In this document: piece by piece, positions 1 to 12,299 of the stretch
How positions within the stretch are numbered: position 1 is the stretch's first letter
How the letters are laid out: each line of letters starts with the position of its first letter
Assembly: GCA_036172245.1 (NCBI GenBank)
Contig: JAYWIR010000024.1
Span: 2,666,001-2,730,000, forward strand
Direction: 5' to 3'
DNA: 64,000 bases
From: Raillietiella orientalis
Taxonomy: Eukaryota
Translations under genes and position numbers: made by a program
The notes under the pieces: generated by a model
Told to the model about the DNA's origin: nothing
What the model saw: only the letters and a program-made list of their open reading frames with translations
The model's database searches: none

Positions 1-99
1 GCGACGGCATGGTGCCAGCAGAGACGTCTCTGTTTATGAGACGACCAAAGCAGCTCTGATGAGACCTCAAGGGAGCACAGGGGATGGCCCTGGGAATTC

Positions 100-1500
100 C
101 AAACGAAGATGCTGCCTCCGAAATTCTGATGCAAATGGATATCACTTAAAGATGGTGAATTCAGTAGGGATGGCTATGATTCCAGAGGGAATGGCGGATG
201 AAATATGTGCACACGAGTAGCCTTATACTGAATACGTTGTGGGGGAAAAAAAAAAAAAAAGCAGCTCCAACCAAAAGTCTGTGTTTCTGGGGGGTTTCGG
301 GCATGATGTTCAAATTCGATCTTCTACCTGGAAAAAGCCTGTGAAGTTTACATCCCTCTGATCGAGGATTTCTGGTCGAAATCCCTGATACACAATGAAG
401 CTGGGAAGCCTTCCTAAGGAACTGAGCTAAAATGGAAACATGGTTTGTAAACGCAAAGTGACGCCTTTGAGCAGTTGGCCATCCAAGCATCCATTTTTTT
501 TTACTTGTTTTCCTTCTGAACCAAGAAAACTCTTGTGTCCTCAAAGTCCTGTTGCTATTTACATAACAAATCCAGGGAAAAATTGTGTTTGATGCTTCCA
601 AAATCACATCCGTCAAAATCGATCCACACAAAACATCTTAATCCATCAGTGTCTTTCTGAAGTCACACTTGGATGAACCGATAGAACACATCCAACGCGT
701 TCTTTTTTTTCTTCTTCCTCTTAACCTTGATCTGGAATCATGCTGCTGGAATTCCAAAAATTTCCGGGCTCGGAGAATGAGTTGTTCGGAGTGGAGAACT
801 TCCTCGCAGAGCTCGAAGCAGCCTCACCTGCTGCTCCGTGAATCTGCACGCATTTTCCAATCCTGGTCCTGATCTTGTTGTGAAGGAAATTGGCATGCGG
901 AAATGAATGCGTGTGCCGAACGGTCTCCTGTGTGCACCGACTCGAAGGTTAGTCGAGGTGAAATAGTTTGCATTTAGAATCATTGATGGGTGAGTGGTTC
1001 AAGGAAAAAAAGCACAATGTGCCTTGCCCCAGTCTCTTTCAGGATCTGAAATGTCCTTGGATCTGCGCTGAACGCACGTTTCCAGCTTCATGCGTTTCCA
1101 CTGCGCTCCAAGAAGTCCGACTTCAAGCAGGCACATGGGGACATACAAGAAAAGTTCCTGCCATGGACCCCGCGTTCACCTTGGAAGTGCTTTTCTCGGC
1201 TAACAGTTCTCAATAAGGATGGAAAAAGAACAACTTCTGCAAGATTCTTTAAGCTTCTTGAAGGACGAGATTCAATATCTGACTCCGGTCCACAGTTTTT
1301 CCAAGGGGTAAAGGAAACCTGAAACAGTTTCAATGCAGTTTAGAATTAAAAAAAAAAAAAGATGAGAAGGTTTCAGAGTGAGAGATTGCTCTTTTCTCGA
1401 AGGAACAGCACAGTTTTCCTTTAAGGGTAAGAAACTTGCGTTTTTTGATGATGCAATCATCAAATCTCGATCTTCTTGTAACCACCTTGAAAATTTTGGA
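100..1500 (-). pseudogene. NACHT NTPase (NLR-like) relic
   Basis: Minus-strand remnants in NACHT order across frameshifts: WIDFDGCD (~603-626, Walker B hhhDGhDE-like), FIVYQGFRPE (~371-399, like VEILGF), HARNPP (~289-306, GxP/NPL-like). No continuous ORF. Confidence 0.5.
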
Positions 1501-1527
1501 TCCCAACAAGAATTGCGACTCGCACTG

Positions 1528-2142
1528 GAGGCCATGTGGATGCGACCTCCACGCGTGATACTAGTGTTGCGGGTTCGAACCCCACCCGTGGAAAGAACGA
1601 CTCCGAGGAACGGGCGAGTCGTAAGTTTGCGAGTTTATCCCCGCAGGATCATGCTGGTTGGCCTATTCGGATGCTACACTGTTGGAAACTGGCCGGGATT
1701 GGAAGTTGACCCTCCCGGGTCCTTCCAGGAATCAACCCTCTATCGAGCACCATGGGGTTGGCTGGTTGATCCCTCTCCAGAGTGTCAGGAAACTCCCCAC
1801 ACCTTTCGAAGTTTTCTCCAAAGGGGTAAAGAAAGAGAGGATCTTTTCCGGGTTCCCTTCTGGAGAGAAATGAAAAGTGGTGGTTCCCCCTCCGGGGGAG
1901 GTCCCTCCGGAGAGAATAACGAAGAGATTCCCTCCCAAGCGCTAACAAGAACAGACTCCTTCCTCCGGCAGCCTTCCTGGATTCATAGTGTGGTCCCCTC
2001 CCAGGGTGCCCCCTGACTTCTTTAGAGTTGACACGCATCCTCGAATGGCGTGGAACAGTGCCAAAGAGCTTATCGGAATCCCTAGGTGAACGTTTCTCGA
2101 GTACTCCTGGAACCAAAAACAAAACAAAACAAAACAAAAAAA
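1528..2142 (+). mobile_element. SINE-like repeat, copy A (tRNA-like head, hairpin-repeat body, A-rich tail)
   Basis: Starts gaggccatgtgg as in the copy ending at 43065; B-box-like gggttcgaaccc; shared blocks ccttccaggaatc and ccttcctggattcatag; (caaaa)n tail. Confidence 0.7.
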
Positions 2143-2289
2143 GTTTCGGGATACATCCTAGAACTGAAGCTGTGTATTCCAAAGTGCATCCGATAAGGTG
2201 GAAAAGAATTGGATAGGTTTAGGGAAATCCAGACGAAGTTCATAAGCGGAATCTTACAAGCAACAACAAGAAGAAGAAGAAGAGGGGAA

Positions 2290-2760
2290 AATGATGAGAA
2301 CGTCTCGATGTTGCTGTCACAGGATGCTCCAGTCGGAAGGGAAGGGAACAGTTTGTTTCGGAAAAAAATATCCTTCAAATGATTCCGTCACTTCCATGGC
2401 TGGAAGAATTCCTATTGCAGCAAACTTACATTGGCCTGAAGAAGAGTACTGACACCCGCGCCAGGTAAGAAAAGAAAATGAGGGATGGAAAGATCGATTT
2501 AATAGAACATGCCTCTGAGAGGAAAACCAGAATGATAAGCGGGAGCGGATGCAATGATGAGTGGAGGAGGCAGCATCATCCATCGTGGGAGGCAGGTTGT
2601 CCAAGAACCAGACGTCGGAATGAACGCAGAGGAGAGAACCGCGGACGGAAGACTCTCGAGGCAAAGGAAAAAACCCACCACCTACAAAGTAACCGCTCCA
2701 AAAAGTCCGTCCTGAAGAACGAAACTGGGAAAAAGCTCTCTCGTCATGGATAACGGGATG
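2290..2760 (-). pseudogene. LRR module relic (resembles crustacean oplophorus-luciferin monooxygenase non-catalytic-subunit-like LRRs)
   Basis: VLQDGLFGAVTL*..SAVLSSAFIP and LKDIFFRNKLFPSLPTG remnants; family recognised from memory. Confidence 0.45.
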
Positions 2761-3149
2761 GAGAACGCACGTAGTGCGCCCAGAAGTTTCCAAATGAAAA
2801 AAAAAAAGGGAAGCCACGAAGCTTCTCTGTTCTTCGCGACCTACACAGCATTTTTCCTCTCTTGAAGAACGCACACTTTTTCGGTCGTTCTTTTGGCCCT
2901 CCCTAAATATGGATAAGCTGGATCCAAAATCAACGTGCAAGAAATAAAATGACCTAAGCATGCAAAATGAAACCATCAATCTATGGATTCATGCATAAAT
3001 ATTCTGGAACTGTCCCATTAAAATCTCATTACGCTGCAGTCGGAGATAACTGGAAAGCTGTAGAAAACAGGGATACCAGAAAACAAACGGTAAATCAATG
3101 AGAAGCAGCGAAGGGGATAGAAATTAAAAAAAAATAAAAACCTAATAAA

Positions 3150-3900
3150 GGATCGAAAGGAAGCTTGGATAACTGGTACCTAACGGAGAGATCTGAAACT
3201 CAGAAGCAAGTTGTGAAGTTCCCAATGGAATTCCTAACTCTTTATGTTAATCATTCTTATGAGATCATCCGTTGATCACATTTCTGGTAAGGAGTTTTAT
3301 GAAGGAAATAAAGCGAACCGAAGATCATCGGAAAATAGATCGAAAAACACTCCTTCTCTGAAATGAATCAGAAGAACAAATAGAGCGAAGTTACGCGGGA
3401 TGTCTGTAGAGTGTCGTAACATATCCAAGTGAGTAACGAAATTTCCATATGGAATTAGTCTCCGCCCACGGTGCACATCTCTGCGAATACATCTTCTCTC
3501 TGCAAGTTGATGAGACAGCCACTGATCTCATCTTTAGCAGATGTTCCGGTGCCAGCTCCGTCGTAATTACTACTTGGCCTGTATTTCTGTTGCTTCTACT
3601 CAATCTCAAGCAGGATGAGATCAAGACTGTCCTAGCATGCAAGGAGTTTCCCCCCCCATGGCTGATCAGCTGGAAGGAAGAGTCGGTTTTTCTTCTGTGC
3701 AGGCATCATACATTTAACATAGAGTTTTCTCGCTCAGCGGTAAATTCGATTTCACTCAAGAGGCATTTGCAGATGCCCCTCGTTAGGACACTGCTTTGCA
3801 GCCAGCCGAATGAAAAAATAGTGAATGCTTTCCGGAATCAGTTCAATTTTTCTTGCATACATCTCATTATTCAGTGCATGTGCACTTCTGTCGCTTTACT
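3150..3900 (-). mobile_element. hAT (ZMYM1/P52rIPK-like) transposase relic
   Basis: Minus-strand RPSSNYDGAGTG (~3545-3580) matches the hAT xYDGA catalytic-region motif; surrounding frames broken. Confidence 0.45.
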
Positions 3901-3949
3901 GGTGCATTCCATCCCTGATTGAATGCTCTTGTTGTTAGTTGACATCTTC

Positions 3950-4270
3950 ACCACGTTTCTGCTGCAGGCTCCGCTGTATGTGTGTTTCCGGCATCGTCAT
4001 TCTGACGTGCTAAGATCAATACCCACGATCGTTGTATCCTCTCAGTGTTCCTCTCATGCAGCTTAATAGGGGAGACAGAAAGCCAGTGTGGCTGCTGATG
4101 ACACAGGGGGCTGAAAAAGACCTGATAGCAGCCGGGAACAAGAAGGCGACGGAAATTTTCTGAAGAGCCGGAAGCCCAATAAATAGGAAACTCTTCGAGC
4201 ACAAATCAACTCGTCTGGTGCAGGGAGGACGTCCAGAGAGGATTCGTGCGCTCGTCCTTCCGCTTTGGTT
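3950..4270 (-). pseudogene. LRR module relic
   Basis: VLEEFP remnant at the start of ORF 3948..4202, the same signature as the EDFP/RFPF remnants at 7.8, 30.5 and 41.1 kb. Confidence 0.3.
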
Positions 4271-4429
4271 TTAAGGACGGATCGCAGGCAGGACCGATTT
4301 CGTTTCCTCGGCTCTCTCGTGAGCATTCGCGTTTCCAGCGCTGCAAGGGAGCATTTTCGAAATTCCTCTATCACGAGATACGAAAAAGAGGAGGAAAAGC
4401 AGAAAACGACCCACGGTAGATTTCGTATT

Positions 4430-5180
4430 ACCCCTCCTGCCATCTTGAGAGATGGAGCAAGAGTGGATAACTAGACAGAAGGTTCAATCGGATATCTGCT
4501 CGAGCCGAACGAACGCTTTGGTCCTCCAGCAGGAACGAGCGACATTCATTACTGGAATAAGAAAAAAAAAAAGAGGCGAGTCTTCCCGAATGAAATGACA
4601 TGTGATGTGCCACCAACGAACAAGCTTACAGTGCCAATAAAGCAGAAAGGAAATCAAGGGAAACCCTTTTTAGATGATCTTTTTGTTTCTCTCATTTTGA
4701 TTTCCGTGCAAGGGGAGGAAGAATTAGAAATCCAGCTACCCATTTGCCATGTCTGCTTCAGGATTGCGTCTCCCCCCTCCCTAGTCATCGTTACAGATGG
4801 ACCGACCTTTTAACTGATTTTGGTTCAGGAACGAAGGGGAAAAAAAATATATATGAGGGAATCGCTTCCATTTCAAACTCCGGGTCTTCCCCAGAACTTC
4901 CCATCGGATACAGAATGCAACGAGAAGAGAGAAGATGCCGTAACCTCAGATAACTTTTCAACTGCTGTTTTCTCAATCAACTAATGCTACCTTCTGATGG
5001 AAATGCTTGCTGACCAGCTAAATGTTTTCTTTCTGTCAGTTCAGCAAACGAATCCTTCCGCAAACACCCTCCCCCCCCCGAGTACCAGTTTCTTCGGTTT
5101 GTTCCGAATGAAAAAAAAACGCATTCATCTTCTTCTTCCATCCGATCAAGACACGAGCCTTTCTTTCTGATTAGGATGCT
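4430..5180 (-). pseudogene. possible caspase-domain relic
   Basis: Weak remnants (RMEEEDECVFF, SLLVAFCIRW) at caspase-like spacing; much less clear than the other copies. Confidence 0.25.
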
Positions 5181-5829
5181 CTTCATTTATCCAACTCAAT
5201 CCTTTTTTTTCCCCAGAACAGAACTCTTCTCAAAGGATGATGTGGCGTCATAAGTTATCACGAATTCCTGTACAAGTCAATGCACTTGAACTGTATACAG
5301 CTCTTCAAAGTACCAAAGTCATATACTGAGCAAGAACGGTGTAAGGGCTTCCCTTACATCGCTTTTCCACCTCGACTCATATCCTGAAAACCGCGAAATC
5401 ATGAGCGAAAAGACCACCTGAAAATTTTAGAGGTTCATCTCGTGCACCAGAGAACAAAGGCATCTCTTTTGATTGTTCTGAGAAACTAGAACTTTGAAAG
5501 GAGTATCAAACTGCCACCCACAACCGGAAGAGACGTATGAGATCGTCATGGGTAAGGGAACGGCATTATCGAGGATGTGCCTCGTATCCGATCACTGTAG
5601 CACGATGTCTTTACGTGATGCTCTCTACTTTCCAAAGTCGAGAGACTGTTTTTTTCCTCCATGCTCCTGAGCACACATCTTGCCAAACGGAACCCAGGAG
5701 CCAGTGCGCCATGAGCTAATCTGAGGTTCTTGTCTCCAGTGACGTAATTCTGAGCATCCTAGGAAACGGAACTTCTTCGCCCGGAAGGCTGGGACCTTCA
5801 TTCAAGGTAGTTGGAAAATCAGAGGTGGC

Positions 5830-7170
5830 CTGACGTCTAAAAATGGCATTCCCAGCCGATCTCCAGATCTTCCGCAACATGCGTTTAGACGACGCATCCG
5901 GTAGATGCTTCCATCACATCCGCTGTTGAAAAACACAGCAAATGTCATCGTTGATGACATGGAATCGGGAGATTTCCAGATGCCGGATGATTGGGGCGTT
6001 CTAGAGGTCCAGCTGATCCCATGCGAATCCCTACTGCTACGTGACGCTACGATCCGCTTGGAGCACATCTGGAGAGCAGTGCCACGATGCCCACTCTCCT
6101 TGCTCTCCCATGCCGGTCCGAATGTTCTCGCGGTGTCCAGCCACGGAGGGGAATCCCGCGCCCAGAACGGTAGCTCCACCTCCTGATGCTAACGGCACAT
6201 CCAGGAGCACCTGCCAGACGAGTCGACGCCTGGTTTTCTCAACCGACAGAGCCACAGACAACCGGAACGACCACCAGTCAGCCAGCAAGAGGACGGGATG
6301 CACCGGTAGCCGGATGGTCAGCTCTGTCACTGAGGGTCCGCGTCGCGAGAGGGGGAGGCAAGGAGGAAGCAAGCGGGCTGCCGTTGCCAACGGCTACCTG
6401 GTTTGTCGCCAGACGTGCCGAGGCATTGGACATTTCGGCGCGGGATATTCCGCCACACTTCGTGCAAGGGTGGTGCCGCGGCTTCCCTTGCCGCGCTCTT
6501 CTTCGGTTCCGAAGACTGCCTTCGCTCGCAGGGGGCAAAAGATGGGCAGAGAGGAGACGACTGGCAAGCTCAAGGAGGTGGAGTGGAGTGTTCTTCTGGG
6601 CGGATGCGGGGTGGCGTTAAGCTGGCACGCCCTGAGATGCCCGCGTCACCATCTCTGCCGTAGTTCGGCGCATTCCTCGAACCGGAGCAGTGACCGACGC
6701 GCTGACAAAATGGCGATGTGCCGAGGAGTGATGGAGGTGCCGCGGAGGTATCCTGGGACCTCGGAGCTTTCTCGCGGAACTCCCTCTTTGCTGGAACTCG
6801 AGAGCCGCCCCTGAGGGTGGATCTTGGCGCCAGCTGCGTCGTTCTTCATGACACAATGCCTTGATCCGTGAGGTAACCGATCCCTTCCCCGCGGAATGAG
6901 GAGGATCCATCTTTTCCCCTTCCCTACGACTCAGACAGAGCTGCGTCACGTCCAGAGCTCTCTTCTTCACGCCGGCAATTGCAGACTCCATTCCCGATCC
7001 GAAAAGAGAGTGCTTGTTACGCGGAAAAGCTCGGAGGAGAAGAAGGGATCGTCTTCGTCTTCACAATACGAGTCGGATGAGGAAGAGCATGCTGTCCTGG
7101 GAGATGAAGTGCTCTGGAACCAACGGAGCTCATCAGGGAGGAAGGATATCCTGTCCTGGAATGTCCTTTC
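5830..7170 (-). mobile_element. Utopia-like non-LTR retrotransposon internal (RT-region) fragment
   Basis: WLDTARTFG resembles the RT motif WLDLxNAFG; near-identical to 28105-29273 inside the larger Utopia-like copy. Confidence 0.7.
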
Positions 7171-7649
7171 TTCTGCGAGTGACCGTCAGCCGCCGTCTGG
7201 CGAACACATCAGCTCACGAATGCGGGTCGGAACAAGAACACACACAAAAAAAAGCAGCTGGACGAAGCAGCTGAAGATCAGAGTGTGGCCCACACTTTAG
7301 AACACAAGGATGCATTCCCTAGATCAACACAATTTGTATACAATTGCAACTTCACACGAGTGTTGGTGATAAAAAAATAAGTCGTTTTTGTTCATTAGTT
7401 CTTATTCGGTTATTCCATTTCCTTCCTCTATTTTTAAAGTTTTCAGTCTGTCTTTTCCGATAGAAGGAATCTGTTCATTTCCCCGATTTCCGGACGTGTC
7501 GGGTAGCAGGCAAAATATCCTGTTCCTGGATTTGAGTGGTCAATGTACGCTGCTGTTGTCTTTTGCTGCGAGCCTGACAGACTGTTTGCATTTCCCCTGA
7601 GGGAGTATTTTGATAAATGAAAAATAACCGTGAGACAGACCTCTGGCAG

Positions 7650-7950
7650 GGTCAGTCTGCCGCACGGAGAGTGTGCGATGCTAGGGGGCCTGTTTCTTTC
7701 CCGCCCAGATTCTCAATCCAAAAGAGCTGGTCTCGAGTGTGAAGATGCAAGCGGTCGCAGACAGACGAACTCGTCGTTCCTTGAAGAAGAGGAAAATCCT
7801 CATCAGCGGAAGAGAGATCGGCTGAAGAAAGCACCGCGAGCTGGAACATGGACAGAAGCTCAAGACAAGAGTGCTTTTCGTTCGTCAACGTGATGTGCTC
7901 TAAAAATCGAAGGTTTCCAAAGCTTGGAATCCTTGGAAAAAGGACATTGT
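7650..7950 (-). pseudogene. LRR module relic
   Basis: SFGNLRFLEHITLTN...AVLSS...DEDFPLL remnants, same family as 2290-2760. Confidence 0.4.
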
Positions 7951-8439
7951 TTGGGGAAGGAGGGTTAGAAATGGATTAGAAATTCCTTGGCATTCATTTT
8001 TAATTCGACGATTCTTCTCTGCTGCTCAGCTGTGTCTGTCCTCTTTCCCTCGTTTCAGTTAATGGTTTGGTATTATGTGGAGTTTCTTCCTTCAAACAGT
8101 GATTGCCTCGTGCAGCTCATAGAGGCGTATGCGTGCGTAAGAGTGAGGCCTTAACTGCTCACTTCAAACGATCGCTGTGTACGTTGTTCAGATGAAGATT
8201 TGAAGTGTAGATATAGATGCAGAAAAGAAAGATTATGACAGCACTGTTTACAAGAGAATCGATGCAGTCCAGACCTGAGAAGCAGAATCTGCTTTCAAAA
8301 ATAAAGAAAACATCAACAAGTCAGTTAATGTATTTAGTGAATCGGGTGAAAAAAGGGTGGAAAAGCCTCCATCTGACGGGATGGAATTTTTTTTAGCTCT
8401 CGGGCAGAAAGAGGAAGATGCGAAGTCTGAGGACATTAT

Positions 8440-9300
8440 TTGATTTTCAGAAAGCATCTCCGGCTAAGAGTCAAGTTCAGGCATGGGCAAGGTTGAGCCC
8501 TGAATAGGCATGAAGCTGCTCTGCTAATCCCATGAGATAAAGTTTAGCATCTTAGCAGCCTTTTTTTGTTTTGGAGGATTTTGGAAAACTGAGAAACCCC
8601 CAAACAGCAAAGGCTCTTTTCCAGTAGGTAGAAACCCAGAGGCTTCAGCGGACAGCTGCGCAACGGTTTTCGACCCGCGCAGTACGGTCTCCTTGCTGTA
8701 AGGGGGCGTGGGATGTGATGTGAAAAGGTTCCATGTATGTTTCACGATGTTTCAGTTTATCCCGAATTGGCTGCAATGATGATGTAGCCTGCAGCGCGCA
8801 AATTTTCTCTCCCATTACTCTTGCTCCGTTTTTAACTCACGGGAATCCGGAAACCACCTGGTCCCTTTGGCTGTTCTGGGAGGCTGGAGCCGAGCTGACA
8901 ACCATCCACTCTCACTCTCGAGATGTTCCAGATCGAGTGCTTAATCTCGAGCGTTGGTTTGGGAAGCACTCCTCGCACGTACAAGATCATGCCATCCGAT
9001 TAAAAGCTCTCTCTCCAGTCATGAATCGCTCGCACTGACTAAAGTTCCACGTCATAAGCAGTGGCGATTCGTTCTGGAAAGCAGGGAATTCCCGCCAGCT
9101 CTGAAATTTCGGCAAAAATCAATCACCAATGGAGAACCATTTTTTTTTTTTTCTTTCGAGATCCGCAAATGATACTGCTTGAGTTTCAATGAGGCCGATC
9201 AGTACATACAATTTCTCTTGAGAATAAAACCAAAAAGTAAGGCCCGGAAGAAGGAGCAAATTCTATATAGTCTCCTGACAAATAAATTTCAAAAGAATGT
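8440..9300 (-). pseudogene. caspase (C14) domain relic
   Basis: ORF 8524..8745 LFTSHPTPPYSKETVLRGSKTVAQL resembles p10 STxPGxxSxRxxxxGSxFIQxL, followed by QPCPCLNLTLSRRCFL (like QxPxxxSTLxKxLY). Confidence 0.45.
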
Positions 9301-9652
9301 TCCAGGGCTGGAATCTCAAGCATTCATTGAGCCCCTCTTGACATTTGGCAGCGCTGCTGCCTACGTTTCTTTTAGGCACTTTGCGTTCCCAACGCCTTTT
9401 AATAATTGACAGCTATTAGCATTGAATTTGCCTTTTTCCCTGAATCCTATTATGGTATTGCCTTTGTCATAGTACGGCATGATTGATTCGGTATTACATC
9501 TGAAGTACAGAACTCTTTCTAGCAATCTGTTAAATGAGATAAAGATTGGGCTGACTCTGGATTTCTATTACCGACGACCCTTCTAATGGGAGGATAATTT
9601 TTTGAGCGGCTGCAGATGCGAAGTAAGAAAAAGAGAGCTCTTTTCAGAAAAC

Positions 9653-9748
9653 TTTTTTTTTCTTACTCGTACCACCCTCACCGTGGCTGGTACGAGTCAA
9701 TACAGTAGTAAGTACAGTGTGGCTAGTACGAGTAAGGAAAAAAAAAAG
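9653..9748. repeat. short inverted repeat with internal direct repeat
   Basis: T-run+cttactcgtac ... gtacgagtaag+A-run; internal gtggct(g/a)gtacgagt occurs twice. Confidence 0.55.
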
Positions 9749-10149
9749 GTTTAGAACTTGGATGGTAGGATTTCTCGGATTCAGAAATATTGGGACTGCA
9801 AAAGAGATGACAGTGGTGATTTTGTGTGCCCGTCCCGACGTTTTGGCTGCTGATAGCATGGAAAGGCGTAAGGAAACAATTCCTATTTCCAGGAAATGCA
9901 CTTGAATTTCCCACGGAGAGCCAAACAGGCGTGACAGACAGAAGAATTTGCAACAGCCATTAAGGCTGTTCTGCTTTCTTCATTTCACTACAAACCAGCG
10001 TCTTCCTTCAGGTCTCAAGATTCAGCTCGCGTGCCCTGCTGCCGATTTTCTGATTTTGCATTCTTTAGCTCTTTTTGCTGCCACTTGGGATCCGTATCTC
10101 GTTCCGTGGCGTATAAGATGGGTATCCGCTATTCCCATATTCTCCGGAT

Positions 10150-11930
10150 ATTATCTTTGCGCAGCTGGAAAGGTACCTCAAAGGCTGCCATGGCTGCTGA
10201 AATAAAATCGAACGGAAGTAGCTGAAAACGAATCTGCCTGATAGCCAATGCGACCGTCGAACGAAGAAGAAAGGAAGAATGGCGTTGAGCCGATGAATAA
10301 AAATTCCCTCAGGACTGTCAAACACGAAAGAAAATCAGGGAAGGTTGAACAGAAAGGCTTTTGGTGTCACCTGATGCTGCTATTGGTGTAGCAGAAACGA
10401 CGTCTGGTGACACATCCAAAGGGTTCCAGAAATTTCACTGGCACGTGGGTGGAAAAACACGAATGTGTTGTGGGTCAGTCAATCAAGGGAACAGCTGATC
10501 ACATGACTGCTATATGCAAGTGAAGAGGCAAAGTCCATTACTTACGTCCGATATGTGTTGGGAAAGGATGCGAAGGGGATGTTTCGTTCTGCAAAGCTGC
10601 GGTGCAGTCACGTCATTGGGAGTCTTTGATAAGACTAACAGTTGACAATTTCGAAGAAGAAAATGAAATAAGACGAGAGAACTACATTGGAGGATGCACT
10701 CAAAAGCTCGGTCAGTGTCCATAGGAAAATTCAGGCTCTGGTAAGAAAGTCCCTGATATTATCTGGGCACATTTTATGCTTCGTAGGCACAGACCCAAAC
10801 TTGCATCGACGATGTGGGCAAAAGCTACAGACAGCAATTCAGGATGCTATCAGAGTTGTTCACTACGTGGAAGAACTGCCGCTGAGGGGAATACTCTGCA
10901 GTTATGCCACGATAAGGAGGCAGAACGCAGGACTCCTGTACTACTGTGGATCACTTGGACTCGTGACAAAGTGCTTCACCGAGCGCTTTTGGACTGAAAG
11001 GGGAAATAAGTTTTCTAAGCGATGGTAATAACAGTGGCAATTTGTTTTTCCGTGAAGATTTTACCCAGAGATCGACTTTACCCAGAGATCATATTTTTCC
11101 AAAACACTAAGCAGTTTGTATACACCAGAGTGCGACTCAATTCGGTACAGCCAAGTTAATTCATAGAAGAGTAATAGCTGCGAGGCCTGTCGGAAATGTT
11201 GCTTTGAAATGGAACGTCTCTGATGAGTTTCCCGCTTTCCAAAGGCACAGCACCAGAGATGAGAGGGAAGTATATGTATTTTTTTCATCAGACACTTGGA
11301 CGTGTAGCAGAAGAGTGTTCGCTCTATTTCAGAGTCCTCGGTATCTTAGAGATTCGAATGGATGAAAATCGGCTTGCAAAATTTCGGGCTGTGACTTTGG
11401 AGAGCAGCCCATAGGCACACCATGTGATGCTTCCTTTAAAAATATCCCTTGACGCAGGTAATTCTCTTCAATTCTCGCTGTACGTGAAAAAGAAATCTAT
11501 CCGAGTGAATAAGACAAGACAATGAAAGTTTTATTGGGATGCTTCTGCTTCTTCAGCAGCATCCTTATGAAGCTGTTGCTCTTCTGGGAACAAAACACGT
11601 GGTTTGTCGCCGTATCTTCAGTGACCCCTTGATGTGATCAGCTGTGCGCCAGACAGCAGGCTCATCATCAGTCATGGTAAAGCAAGCACACGACAAGTTT
11701 GTGTCCCAGAAGCTCTTGCAGGATATCACATTGCTTTTCAATAAGATCTTCTGCACGTCGAATATGCTGCATTCAATTGAACTTTGTCAGTGACAGTGCT
11801 GCTCTTGGAATGTTATCTCAACACTAGAATTCAGCACTCTTTTGGGATGCTACCTAAAAGCAAAAGAAAATGAAGCCTTAGAAGTCAAATAGGTCCTTCA
11901 ATAGGCAGAACCCAAAGCTGCCTCTGACCA
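10150..11930 (+). mobile_element. hAT Buster/Charlie (ZBED5-like) transposase relic
   Basis: ORF 10687..11028 LQTAIQDAIRVVHYVEELPLRGILCS...LLYYCGSL..KCFTERF aligns by eye with the Buster segment V..VNxIKxxPLxxRLF...LLxHxxVRWLSRGxVLxRF. Confidence 0.6.
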
Positions 11931-12299
11931 TCCGAGTTGTTTGATTTTGAAAGGATCAAGCCATAAAAGTAGTTCTTTATTCAGACTCAGAGTTGAGGAG
12001 TGGGTGCTACGAAACCTAAGCTTCGCTGGAGGATACAATCATTACGGTAGTAGTAAGTGGTTGTCTGTAGTTAGTAGTCGTAGGTTTTGCCTGTTTGGTA
12101 CTGTGAAGGAATCGAATTTGGTGTTTTTAAAGTTTGAATATTCGTATGTTCAGAATCATTGGTTAGCGGTTGATTTGACGGTTAGGAGAATGACGGGAGG
12201 GAGAATAGTTGTTGTCTAGGAGGTAAGGGATGTGTAGGGAGGGAAAAATGATTGACAGAAGGATGAATGAGGGGATAGAGAAGTTCAAATGAGTTCCGT

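Noticed and set aside
56..90. CTGATGAG hammerhead-ribozyme core candidate
   Set aside because: No GAAA after a stem II and no flanking stems.
3449..3922. Plus-strand FSLQVDETATD, resembling the first hAT catalytic motif
   Set aside because: Isolated; the following sequence does not fit, while the opposite strand gives a better hAT match (YDGA).
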